A stretch of DNA of 64,000 bases from an uncultured Planctomycetota bacterium (GTDB taxonomy: Bacteria; Planctomycetota; Planctomycetia; Pirellulales; Lacipirellulaceae). Made by a program: the position numbers and the translations under genes. Shown one piece after another: positions 42,922 through 53,322 of the stretch (positions are counted from its first letter, which is position 1; each line of letters begins with the position of its first letter). The notes below the pieces were generated by a model, which did no database searches, was not told the DNA's origin, and saw only the letters and a list, made by a program, of their open reading frames with translations. Location: assembly GCA_963719315.1 (NCBI GenBank), contig CAVRBU010000013.1, positions 32,001 to 96,000 on the forward strand. The letters are read 5' to 3'.

Positions 42922-43458
42922 GTGATCGAAACGCCCGCTTCTAGCTCATGGGTCGTATGTGAAAGCGAGGGCCGCTGGTCCGCCGCACTGCGGGTTGCGA
43001 TCGCACGGCAGGCAATCCTACCCGGGCAACCCATACGGACGTCCCGCGTCTACCAAGTTCGCAGCCTGGCCGAGATGGAATCCGCGACGCGCGGTCAGAT
43101 CGACGCTTTAGGACTCGTCGAAGTCCGGCCCGACAATCTGGCCGCTGTGTTGGAGCAGTTGGCGAAAAGGTGGCGACGAAATGTCCGGCTTGTAGCCCTT
43201 CTTCAATCCGATTTGGGCCGACAATCAGGCGACATTGGTGGTTTACGATTTCCAGCTCGCAGCCTAGTCACCGACGCCATTCTAGAAGCCGGCGCACTGG
43301 CGGTCATCGAATCGCCCCGGCATATTTCCACGGTGCTGGAATTGGTCAATCGCCGCTCAACAGTGCTTGAACAGCTCGCCGATCAATCTGGCAAGCAGGA
43401 TTCCCTTGCCTCTCTTGCAGAACAGGCCTGGGCCGCTCTTCCTTGGCAAGGTACGTGA
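42922..43458 (+). CDS. Hypothetical protein (possibly a degenerate receiver-like fold)
   Basis: GTG 4 nt after the upstream stop; VVCESEGRWSAALR...EAGA..VIESPR...LPW. Confidence 0.6.
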   Translation: MIETPASSSWVVCESEGRWSAALRVAIARQAILPGQPIRTSRVYQVRSLAEMESATRGQIDALGLVEVRPDNLAAVLEQLAKRWRRNVRLVALLQSDLGRQSGDIGGLRFPARSLVTDAILEAGALAVIESPRHISTVLELVNRRSTVLEQLADQSGKQDSLASLAEQAWAALPWQGT

Positions 43459-43509
43459 CACACGTTAGCCTGGGGTTACAACTTCCGCTTGCGAAAGAGG
43501 TTCCAACCG

Positions 43510-44589
43510 ATGGCCGACGTGCCGGTTACCCGCGAAATCGTCGAAAGAATCCTGGCCGAGCTTCCCGACCCGGAAACCGGCCGCAGCTTGGCTCGGATGG
43601 AACAGATTCGGCATATCGGAGTCGATGGCCGCGGCGTCGAGGTCACGCTCGGACTAACCACGTGGGCCAGCCTGCTGTGGGATGAAACTCGCGACGAGGC
43701 TGAGCGTCTGCTCTGCGAGAAGTTGCCGCCGGGCACCAATATACGCGTGCGTGTCGTCGAATTCGTGCGTCCGCCGGAACGAATCGGGGAAATTGGCCTC
43801 ACCGCTAAGAGCGTGATCGCCGTCGGCTCCGGTAAGGGGGGTGTCGGAAAGAGCACGATCGCCGCGTCGCTGGCGTACGGTTTGAAGAATAGTGGCGCGG
43901 CCGTCGGCCTGATGGATGCCGACGTGTACGGCCCCAGCATTCCGCACCTGCTCGGCGTTAACGAGCGGCCGCACTTAGAGAATAACCGGCTACAGCCAAT
44001 TGTGAAGGACGATCTGAAAGTGATGAGCATGGGCTTCCTGGTGCCGCCGGGCGAAGCCGTCGTGTGGCGCGGGCCGATGCTCCACGGGGCAATCACTCAA
44101 TTCCTCCGCGATACCGATTGGGGCCTGCTCGACTACCTGATCATCGACATGCCGCCCGGAACCGGCGACATTGCCCTGACGCTTTCGCAAATCCTCCCAC
44201 TCACGGGGGCGGTGGTCGTCTGTACGCCGCAAGATGTGGCCCTGCTCGATGCGGTGAAGGCGATCGCGATGTTCCGGAAGGTACACATTCCCATGCTGGG
44301 AATGGTCGAAAACATGAGTTATTTCATTTGCCCCGATTGCGGACATCGGTACGACATCTTCGGCTCGGGCGGCGCCGAGCGCCGCGCCGCCGAGTTGGAT
44401 GTGCCGTTTCTGGGCGGCGTGCCGATTAGCATCGGCATTCGCGAACGCGGCGACGCTGGCAACACGGCCGGCAATTTTGGCGACGAATCGACGGCCAGCT
44501 ACTTCCGCGATATCTGCTCTCGCCTGGTGCGGCAAATCAGTTCCAAACACAAAGCCGAGCCGCCCCTTCCAACGCTGAACGTGCTGTAA
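43510..44589 (+). CDS. mrp: Mrp/ApbC/NBP35 Fe-S cluster carrier ATPase
   Basis: SGKGGVGKST, DADVYGPS, WRGPM, DMPPGTGD, ENMSYFICPDC. Confidence 0.94.
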   Translation: MADVPVTREIVERILAELPDPETGRSLARMEQIRHIGVDGRGVEVTLGLTTWASLLWDETRDEAERLLCEKLPPGTNIRVRVVEFVRPPERIGEIGLTAKSVIAVGSGKGGVGKSTIAASLAYGLKNSGAAVGLMDADVYGPSIPHLLGVNERPHLENNRLQPIVKDDLKVMSMGFLVPPGEAVVWRGPMLHGAITQFLRDTDWGLLDYLIIDMPPGTGDIALTLSQILPLTGAVVVCTPQDVALLDAVKAIAMFRKVHIPMLGMVENMSYFICPDCGHRYDIFGSGGAERRAAELDVPFLGGVPISIGIRERGDAGNTAGNFGDESTASYFRDICSRLVRQISSKHKAEPPLPTLNVL

Positions 44590-44611
44590 ATAAAGCTATA
44601 AATACGCGCAC

Positions 44612-44648
44612 AAAATTAGAGCCGCCAGGTTGCACCCGGCGGCTCTTT
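44612..44648. terminator. Hairpin terminator between mrp and the convergent small ORF
   Basis: AGAGCCGCCAGGT-tgc-ACCCGGCGGCTCT. The stem pairs fully (with G-U) on the minus strand and is followed by AATTTT. Confidence 0.7.
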
Positions 44649-44728
44649 CCCGTTAGTTCACGCGGCGGAGAAAACAACTGGGGTTCTCTATACGCCGAGG
44701 CAAGTTACTTGGGCTAAATAGCCTTCAG

Positions 44729-44839
44729 TTACTTTTTCGCCTTTTTGGTCTTCTTCTTCGCGGCCTTCTTCTTTCGGCCTTTCTTCTTCGTCGTCTTCTT
44801 GGCTGCCTTCTTCTTGGCGGCTCTCTTCTTCTTGGCCAC
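44729..44839 (-). CDS. 36-aa Lys-rich histone H1-like small protein (not in the ORF track)
   Basis: GGAGGAG-tgact-GTG; MAKKKRAAKKKAAKKTTKKKGRKKKAAKKKTKKAKK; TAA stop. Confidence 0.82.
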   Translation of the reverse strand: MAKKKRAAKKKAAKKTTKKKGRKKKAAKKKTKKAKK

Positions 44840-44864
44840 AGTCACTCCTCCATAAAAAGGTTTT

Positions 44865-45069
44865 GGTGATCTACCGGCTGACACACCAATTCAAACTCAC
44901 AGCCGACATCACCGACTAAAAACTAGCTACCGTATCCGCGGTAGCTCCGGTAACTCGCATTTCATTTCGCAGGCGAATCGAAATGTCCTCATCAACCCGC
45001 AACGATTTGAAATGCGTGAAAACCGATGTCACTTGTTCGTAGTTGTACGAAATTGTTGGAATTGTGCAA
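44865..45069 (-). promoter_or_regulatory. Putative promoter (TTGCAC-N16-TACAAC) and structured leader with three hairpins
   Basis: Stems at 44956-45016, 44925-44946 (followed by a U-run) and 44865-44913. Confidence 0.45.
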
Positions 45070-45189
45070 CACGATTTTGCAAAAATTTTTGCTCTCTGCA
45101 AAAAATTTTCCCGGCGATGCGCTCTTTCAATCCCTTGTTCGACTCGATTCGCGCGCCAAATCGGTCCGCTCCGCGCTCTCGCGCAGACA

Positions 45190-45999
45190 TCAATACAAGG
45201 AGATCGTTGTGCCATCGCAAAATCGACCGCACGGTTGCGTTTCGCCCAGCGCAATTCCAAATCGCGACCACTCGTAAGGCGCCAAAGCGGCCAGGTAGGC
45301 AGTCGTCCACAGCGACGATCGCCCGGGTGCTCGCGGTTCGCCGGTCGGCTTCCAACAGGCGAGCAACTTGGACCACGCCGCGCGCTGGCCGCGTCGCCTG
45401 AGATGAATCGGATCGAATCCGTACCACGAAGTCGACACTGGAATTACCGAGATTTTCCGCGTTTCCCCCAATTCGACGAGCCGCTCGTTGACTTCGCGGA
45501 CGAGTCGCTTCGCGTCTGCCAGAGTGAGCGTGCTACGCGGAAAAAGCATTCGTCGAAAGAACCGAAATCGCCGTTCGCCGAGTCCTTCGATGGTTCCGAC
45601 CGGCATCTGCGTGACGACCGTTGCTGCGCCGGCGTCCTCAAGTTGATCCAGGCAGCGTTCGACCCAATCCATCAGCCGATCGGGCGTTGCGCCGTACAAT
45701 AAATCGTTGCCGATATCGGTTACGAGCGCCGTCGTGGGTAACTTTGCGCGACAGTGTAAATCTTGCCAAAGCGCGCAGGGAAAAATTCCAGGAAATTTTC
45801 TCCCCAACACGGCAGATTGTTGCCCATACGACCTTCCATGTCCCATTGCGACCATGAATTCGATCGGTTCGGACCACGTGCGACGCACCATGTCGACGAC
45901 CGTCGGGAACGACCGCGTGAGATTACTCGCGCCCAATAAGACGACGCGCCGGGTGGGAGATCCATGTCCCGCCGCTTGCGGCTTAGCGTGGCCAAACAT
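45190..45999 (-). CDS. SGNH/GDSL-like hypothetical protein
   Basis: VVLLGASN, DIGNDL, DPIH blocks. Confidence 0.7.
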   Translation of the reverse strand: MFGHAKPQAAGHGSPTRRVVLLGASNLTRSFPTVVDMVRRTWSEPIEFMVAMGHGRSYGQQSAVLGRKFPGIFPCALWQDLHCRAKLPTTALVTDIGNDLLYGATPDRLMDWVERCLDQLEDAGAATVVTQMPVGTIEGLGERRFRFFRRMLFPRSTLTLADAKRLVREVNERLVELGETRKISVIPVSTSWYGFDPIHLRRRGQRAAWSKLLACWKPTGEPRAPGRSSLWTTAYLAALAPYEWSRFGIALGETQPCGRFCDGTTISLY

Positions 46000-46000
46000 C

Positions 46001-46723
46001 TCACCGCCAATGATTCCGATAGAACTGAATGGCCTGGAAACTGCCATACGCCAGAAAGCCGAACATTAGGCCCAAGTAGAATTCGTGCCGCACCAACGCA
46101 TAGGCGGCAATCAAAACAGCGGCGCCCGCCGACAAATACAGCGACTGAATCGTGCCAGTGCGCGAATTCCACAGTAGAAAGAGCTGGCGTGCGATCTGGC
46201 CCCCATCGAGGGGATAGATGGGCAGCAGATTTACCAAACCCCAGGCGATATTCACGAACATCAAATACCAGATAACGTAGTCCACCCACGACCCGAACAA
46301 TGACCATCGCACGGGAACCCAGTCCAGTTCAAATCCGCGAAATCGTTGCAGCGCAATGAGTATCGACACGACAAACCCGGCAAAGAAAAAGCCGGCCAAT
46401 GGCCCGGCCAGCGAAATAATAATCTGGCTGCGGGGCCTGCGGTCGCAGTCGTTGCACGAAGCCAGGCCGCCAAAGCTGTAGAGCGTGATCCACGGATGGC
46501 CGCCGAAATACTGCTGCACAACGGCATGTCCCAGTTCGTGGACTAGAATCGACACGAAGACGACCACAACCCAAATAAGCGCCATCAGCGGGTCTACCCG
46601 TTCGCTTCCGCCCATCGACAGGAGGATCGTCACCAACCAAAAAAGCGGGTGAACGCGGACCGGAAAGCCAAAAATCCGGAAATGGAGGTCGGCCTGGGTG
46701 GGTGGTGGCTCGCTGAGAAACAT
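46001..46723 (-). CDS. Site-2 protease (M50) family protein
   Basis: HELGH, AGP, NLLPIYPLDGG. Confidence 0.92.
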   Translation of the reverse strand: MFLSEPPPTQADLHFRIFGFPVRVHPLFWLVTILLSMGGSERVDPLMALIWVVVVFVSILVHELGHAVVQQYFGGHPWITLYSFGGLASCNDCDRRPRSQIIISLAGPLAGFFFAGFVVSILIALQRFRGFELDWVPVRWSLFGSWVDYVIWYLMFVNIAWGLVNLLPIYPLDGGQIARQLFLLWNSRTGTIQSLYLSAGAAVLIAAYALVRHEFYLGLMFGFLAYGSFQAIQFYRNHWR

Positions 46724-46828
46724 CAGACCATACCGCGAATTACGTGGATCGAAGCGCGAACTCGCACTATTCGATCAGCAACCTGCAAGAAGTTCAACCG
46801 CCAGGGCGGTAAGTCCGAAATCGCCCGC

Positions 46829-48085
46829 TCAAGCCGCGTCGCTAATTGTTGCCGGCGCAGATGTCGCGAACGGATAGTGCGTCCGCAAAGCGGGTTTCTG
46901 CCGCGCGTCCAGAACTTGCAGCATATAGTCAGCGGCCTGGCGAGAGGCCCCTCCGTGCCCCACCCGCTCGTTAAGCTCTGCCAGTTGGGCCACCCGGGCG
47001 GCCCGCTTGGCCGGTTCGGTAAGCCATTCGATCACGTGGGAGGCCACCTGGCCCGATTTGTCGCGGCACGTGAGGTACTCCGGCATGAGCACGTGGGCAT
47101 CAACCGGGTCATTCGGATCGTAAATCGCTACGCGCTTCGGAAACAAATCCGTGGCCGTCAGTAAATTCACGAGCGTGATGTAGCGAACCTTGCGGAAGAA
47201 CGTCTGCACGAAGTACGCCAGGCGCGAAATATAGTACAGGACCACCGTCGGCTTTGTGTGATAAAGCAGTTCCAGAGACACCGAGCCTGAAACCGCCATC
47301 GCGCAATCGGCAGCTTCGATGATTTCCGCCGTGCGGCCGACAAGCACCTCCACCGGCAAGCCACTGCCTTCAATGGCGTTGCGTGCCAATTCGGCCTGGC
47401 TTGGCTTAAACGATGCGATCGCAAACCGCGCGCTCGGCACGCGATCGTGGATGATCTTGGCCGCCTTCAGAAAGTACCCGAGATTGCTCTTCACCTCTTG
47501 TGTGCGCGAGCCGGGCAGAATGGCCACAAGCGATCCGTCGCCGGATCGCAATTGCTCGATGAACTTCGCATCCAACTGCTCGGCCCGCAATTGATCGAAA
47601 TACGGATGGCCTACGAACGTGGCGTTGCAGCCGCGCTCGCGATACCAGGCCACTTCGAATGGCAATTTGCAGAGCACGTGATCGACAAACCGTCGCATTT
47701 TTTTCACGCGCCAGCCCGCCCACGCCCAAAGTTGGGGCACGCCGTAGTAGAAAACGGGAATCCCGTGCGCCTTGGCCCGCCGGGCAATCCACCAATTGAA
47801 ACCGGGATAATCGATGAGCACCACCGCATCCGGCCGATGCTGGCGGAAATATCGATCCGCCCGGCTCGCCAGGTTCCAGAACTTGTGAATGTTCAAAAGC
47901 ACGTGCAGCAGCCACATCACCGCAAGTTTTGTGAGATCTTCATGCAACGAGCAGCCAGCCGCCGCCATCCGTGGCCCGCCATAACCAACACACTCGCAAT
48001 CCGGCCGCCGCTGCCGCAGTTCGCGCACCAGATTGGCGCCGTGCAAATCGCCACTCGGCTCACCAACGGAAAAAAAGATCTTCAT
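46829..48085 (-). CDS. lpxB: Lipid-A-disaccharide synthase
   Basis: GEPSGDLHG, IDYPGFN, PQLWAW, FVGHP, LPGSR..E, SGSVSLE. Confidence 0.94.
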   Translation of the reverse strand: MKIFFSVGEPSGDLHGANLVRELRQRRPDCECVGYGGPRMAAAGCSLHEDLTKLAVMWLLHVLLNIHKFWNLASRADRYFRQHRPDAVVLIDYPGFNWWIARRAKAHGIPVFYYGVPQLWAWAGWRVKKMRRFVDHVLCKLPFEVAWYRERGCNATFVGHPYFDQLRAEQLDAKFIEQLRSGDGSLVAILPGSRTQEVKSNLGYFLKAAKIIHDRVPSARFAIASFKPSQAELARNAIEGSGLPVEVLVGRTAEIIEAADCAMAVSGSVSLELLYHTKPTVVLYYISRLAYFVQTFFRKVRYITLVNLLTATDLFPKRVAIYDPNDPVDAHVLMPEYLTCRDKSGQVASHVIEWLTEPAKRAARVAQLAELNERVGHGGASRQAADYMLQVLDARQKPALRTHYPFATSAPATISDAA

Positions 48086-48170
48086 TGCGCATACACCTCT
48101 GGCCCAGAACACCGATCGCCGCAATACAAGCGGGGCGGAAGTATGGCAAAATGCGCAAGTGGGGGAAAGC

Positions 48171-48738
48171 TCAGTTCGCTACGAGCTTCGCGATATTTTC
48201 GAGCATCATTTCCAAATAACTGCGGCGCTCAGAAGAACCCAGTCCGAGTTCGGTCGCCAGCGTGGAAATCACACGCTTCGCCTCATCGAGGCCGCTCTCA
48301 TCCGCCATGAGCTCCAATTCGACATATGTGCCGACGCCGTCCACTTCATCGAGCGCCTCCTTCGACCCGGCGGCCACATGCATCGAGCGAAAACGATCGC
48401 CGCCGCTTGCGTACAACGTCCACCGGTCGGAAACCAAGCGCCTGTAGCAGTTCAGTAAGCTGCAGTCCGTCCGCATCGCTGGCGTCCAGCGGCAACTCCA
48501 ACTCCCGGCGCGTCTTGGTCGCCGCATCGAGCTTCGGGCCCTTGAACGTCACGAAACTCTTGTCACCCACCGTGCGAATCCGGAGCGCTTCGTCGGTCTG
48601 CGAAAAATCGCGGCACGGATGCGCGAAGTACCGATCCGCCTGCTCGACTGGCGGACCAACCACAATCCCGCGCTCAGCCAGCCGTTCCTCCAGCGATCGC
48701 ACGTCTGGCACAGAATGCTTTTGCTCTACTTCATACAT
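48171..48738 (-). CDS. cyaB: CYTH-domain class IV adenylate cyclase-like protein; frameshift near 48360
   Basis: EVEQK, DEALRIR, TFKGP, KTRRELE, VRKRR in one frame; LDEVDGVGTYVELE and SYLE in another. Confidence 0.82.
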
Positions 48739-48747
48739 AGGAATTAA

Positions 48748-48868
48748 CCACGGAGGGACGGAGTAAACGGAGAAATACTCAAAAGTGAAATCGATAACTT
48801 ACAAATTGCGTCGTTCAATTTGCAATTTACCTTACTTCCTCTTCTCGGTGACCTCCGTGCCTCCGTGG
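48748..48868. repeat. Inverted 9-mer-type arms flanking AT-rich heptamer-like arms
   Basis: ccacggagggacggag ... ctccgtgcctccgtgg, enclosing caaatt/aatttgcaattt. Confidence 0.65.
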
Positions 48869-48892
48869 TAAAACAATTTCAGCACGACCAAC

Positions 48893-50311
48893 CTAATCAC
48901 GCAAATAAATCGGGCGGTCAATGGAAGCGGGACGATCGGCGCGGGCCGCGACGCCTTCCGCATCCAGCGCCCACAATGGATCGATCTCCACGGCCACACG
49001 GTCCGCAACGCGGGTGCCGGCGGCTTCCAACCACTTGCGGTGCTGAGCGATCATAAATCGTTGCACGTGCTCGGGGGTGTCGCGATCTGCGCCGGGTGCG
49101 TTTTTGAGCGGGGCAAACACGTCGGCCTCTGCAAATTCTACCACCAGCGGATTCTTTGCATGCGGCAATAAATCGAAGATGAACCGCTCGAACTTGAGCG
49201 CGTTCGGCTCCCTTGGCTCAACGAGTCGCCCCGATTCGTCAACATACGGCACCTTTTTATGTGCAATATGAAATGGAAGCGCATCCTTCAGCGCGAGCGC
49301 TCGCTCTAAAAACGCCACATTAAACATATGCACCGCGATGCTACCGGCCCAAAACTTTAGCGAGCCGCTCGCGTCGCGCTTCTCGGCCACCTCATCCGGC
49401 AAGTCGCTGTACTCGATCACTTGCATTTGGCCGTCGATCACTGCGAACACACCGAGCCGATCTCTAGGCGTTTGCTTGGCAATTGCCATCGATGTCAGAT
49501 CGGACTGGGCAAGTAAGTGGTAGCCGATAAACTCCGCGTCACAAATCGGTGCCAGCGGATTATCGACTTGCAGATAAAATAAGTGTTCGATGCCCCGCCG
49601 CTGCATGTGCTCGATCGCCCCACTCGCCGCGAGAGCTGCCACCGTGCCACCGTGGCCATCGGGGCTGAGGAACAGTGAATCCTTCGCGGCCAACAGCAAC
49701 TTGCCGTTCGTTGCGTCCACGGCCGGCATCGTGCCTTGGCAGAATAGCAGGACATCATCTTTCGGCAGCCCGAAGCGCTGATGCGCTTGCAAGAACTCCG
49801 ATTGCTCGTCATGCGTCACCGGGCTCGTCATCATATAGATGGGCACACTCGCGCCGTACCGACGCGCGGCAGCCAGCGCTTTCTGGAAATGAATCTGCAG
49901 CAGCGGAGCGCCAGACACCGGTCCAATAGGGAACAGTCCCTTCGGATGCTCGAATCCCAACCGGCTTCCCTGTCCACCGGCCAAGAGGAGCACACCAATC
50001 TTTCCGGCGCTTACCGCTTCGTTCGCGCGCTTACGCGCATCGCTCGCCGTAAATTGACCGCCGCCGCTCTTTCGATCGGCCAGCCGCATCGCCGGCGGCG
50101 GCGATGCCCGTCGCGCAGTCGTCGCCCAATCGCAAGTGCCGGCGCCTTGGCGACACAGCATCGCAATCTGCTCAAAATCGACTGACCCGACCTGCGACGC
50201 CAATCGCCGACGAGCTTCTACATCCAGTTCGTCCCAAAAACCTAGCAAATGCGCTTGGCCAAACTTCGCCAACTGGCGGGACAACTCTTCGCGTGTTGGC
50301 GTTTCGACCAT
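48893..50311 (-). CDS. UDPGP-family nucleotidyltransferase (UDP-GlcNAc pyrophosphorylase-like)
   Basis: LLAGGQGSRLG..HPKG, SPDGHGG, QVDNPL, VIEYS, KFERFIFD, FAPLKN. Confidence 0.9.
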   Translation of the reverse strand: MVETPTREELSRQLAKFGQAHLLGFWDELDVEARRRLASQVGSVDFEQIAMLCRQGAGTCDWATTARRASPPPAMRLADRKSGGGQFTASDARKRANEAVSAGKIGVLLLAGGQGSRLGFEHPKGLFPIGPVSGAPLLQIHFQKALAAARRYGASVPIYMMTSPVTHDEQSEFLQAHQRFGLPKDDVLLFCQGTMPAVDATNGKLLLAAKDSLFLSPDGHGGTVAALAASGAIEHMQRRGIEHLFYLQVDNPLAPICDAEFIGYHLLAQSDLTSMAIAKQTPRDRLGVFAVIDGQMQVIEYSDLPDEVAEKRDASGSLKFWAGSIAVHMFNVAFLERALALKDALPFHIAHKKVPYVDESGRLVEPREPNALKFERFIFDLLPHAKNPLVVEFAEADVFAPLKNAPGADRDTPEHVQRFMIAQHRKWLEAAGTRVADRVAVEIDPLWALDAEGVAARADRPASIDRPIYLRD

Positions 50312-50706
50312 CAAAGAATCCACCCCTTCACCCACGCATACGCCAGCAAACACAACAGCGGAAACAGCACGAATACGGTTGCATACGTGAAGATCGAAGT
50401 CCAGATGTGGCGTGGCCAACGTGCCATTAAGATGCGATGGCGGTGCAAGAAACGGCGGTAACGCTTGCCGATGTGTCTCACCCTACAGCGCGAGCTCCAG
50501 CGTGAAAACCCAGGCAATCGCCATTGGCCTGGGCGAAAGCTACGAAAGCTACAAGCGTCCAATTCGGCCGTTGCCCTTACCGCCGATCGGCTCGTATAAT
50601 CAAAGTTTCCAAAAGAAGAGCGGCAATTCTCTTCGGCGGGACGCGGAACTACCGTCAACTCTCACCTCCTCACATCAGCAACATCAGCAACATCAGGAGC
50701 GCACAC

Positions 50707-51894
<1,188 letters not shown>

Positions 51895-51907
51895 AGGGAA
51901 AGGCGTT

Positions 51908-52666
51908 ATGCGTGCCACGGACGGCACATTGCGATTCATGCCGATCGATGGCAACCGCCATCGTATCGTTTCGAAGTTCGTCGCGACTTCTACCTTTTTG
52001 GCACTGGTGATCGGCGTCTTCCTGCTCGCCCGCCGCATGACCGGCGCTTTTTCTTCGCCGCTACCCATACCGCAGCTTATGTCAACGGCTTTTGTCGCCA
52101 CTGCTTGGGCCGTGATGGTTCGCGATCTTTCCCAACGCTCACCGTTTTACATTTCGCTGGCGTTAATCGTACTGCTGATCTTCGCCCTGGCCTGTTCCTA
52201 CCCTGGAGCCCGCGTCATCGATTGGCTTATCTGGCCCACTGCACTGTTTGCGACCGTACTATATCCGCCAATCGTGCGGCCTGCCGCCAAGGAACCAGCG
52301 CATAGTAGCAAGCGCTCAACCAATACGCTCGGGGTACATGACGATGTCAAGGAAACAACCGCTGAATTGATCCTGCAACAACTCACGCGCGTGCGCACTG
52401 AGGTTGGCCACGAGGCCATTCGCGGTACGCTCATCGGCGAATTCGTACCCGGCGAACGCCAAGTGACGCTGAACGTTGCCTTCTGCCCTCCATTTGAGCG
52501 GCTGCCGCAAGTCGAGGTCAATGTATCCGATGACTCGGTGCCTACTGTAAAATTGACGCAGGTCCTCCACAACGGCGCACAACTTGAAGTCCGCCTCCCG
52601 CATCCGGCGGCCGAAAACACAACCGTCGCTCTCGAGTTTTTCGCCACCGACGCAAGATCGAATTAG
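51908..52666 (+). CDS. Hypothetical membrane protein
   Basis: Four hydrophobic segments, then a domain containing AFCPPFERLP. Confidence 0.7.
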   Translation: MRATDGTLRFMPIDGNRHRIVSKFVATSTFLALVIGVFLLARRMTGAFSSPLPIPQLMSTAFVATAWAVMVRDLSQRSPFYISLALIVLLIFALACSYPGARVIDWLIWPTALFATVLYPPIVRPAAKEPAHSSKRSTNTLGVHDDVKETTAELILQQLTRVRTEVGHEAIRGTLIGEFVPGERQVTLNVAFCPPFERLPQVEVNVSDDSVPTVKLTQVLHNGAQLEVRLPHPAAENTTVALEFFATDARSN

Positions 52667-52797
52667 CGCAAGTCAACCGCCGCTTGTGGCTTTTCGCGAC
52701 ATCTCCCTGTCCGCGTTGCCGCGTTTCTGGCCGACGGGTATAATCCGCGCAACTTGACCAGCTTTCCGCGATCCCCGGAGATCATACAACGAGCACC

Positions 52798-53277
52798 TTG
52801 CGTATCGGACTTGGCGAAGACTCGCATCGCACGGCCCCCGGCGGCCCGTTGCGACTGGGCGGCATCGATGTGCCGCACGATCGAGGGCTCGTCGGCCATA
52901 GTGACGCCGACGTGCTGCTCCACGCCGTGACCGACGCCCTGCTCGGCGCTGCCGCCCTGCCCGATATCGGCCGATTGTACCCCAATACCGATCCGGCGAA
53001 CCGTGGCCGCGACTCGGCCGACATGCTGCGGGCTGCAGCCGCGCGAGTGAATGAAGCCGGCTACCACGTCGTAAACCTCGATTGCGTCGTCCATGCCGAG
53101 CGGCCAAAGCTGGCCGACTACCACGAGGCCATCCGTCACCGCGTTGCCGGCATCCTGGGGCTGAATCCTCACCAAATTGGAATCAAAGCAAAAACGGGCG
53201 AAGGAGCCGGCCCCGTCGGCCGCGAAGAATTAATCGAAGCCCGTTGCGTAGCACTACTTGAAACCGTTCGTAGCTGA
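52798..53277 (+). CDS. ispF: 2-C-methyl-D-erythritol 2,4-cyclodiphosphate synthase
   Basis: RIGLGEDSH, GHSDADVLLHA..DALLGA, DIG, KAKTGE. Confidence 0.95.
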   Translation: MRIGLGEDSHRTAPGGPLRLGGIDVPHDRGLVGHSDADVLLHAVTDALLGAAALPDIGRLYPNTDPANRGRDSADMLRAAAARVNEAGYHVVNLDCVVHAERPKLADYHEAIRHRVAGILGLNPHQIGIKAKTGEGAGPVGREELIEARCVALLETVRS

Positions 53278-53322
53278 ACACAAATCCGCAATCCGAAATC
53301 CGAATTCCGCAATCGAAAGACC

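Noticed and set aside
48893..50311. Eukaryote-like UDP-sugar pyrophosphorylase as a recent horizontal transfer
   Set aside because: This family is already known in PVC bacteria, and the gene's composition looks native.
50595..50706. SAM riboswitch upstream of metK
   Set aside because: There is a TATAAT box, a small hairpin, ACATCAGCA repeats and a possible CTCCT anti-SD, but no conserved core of a SAM riboswitch class that I can recognise. An Rfam search would settle it.
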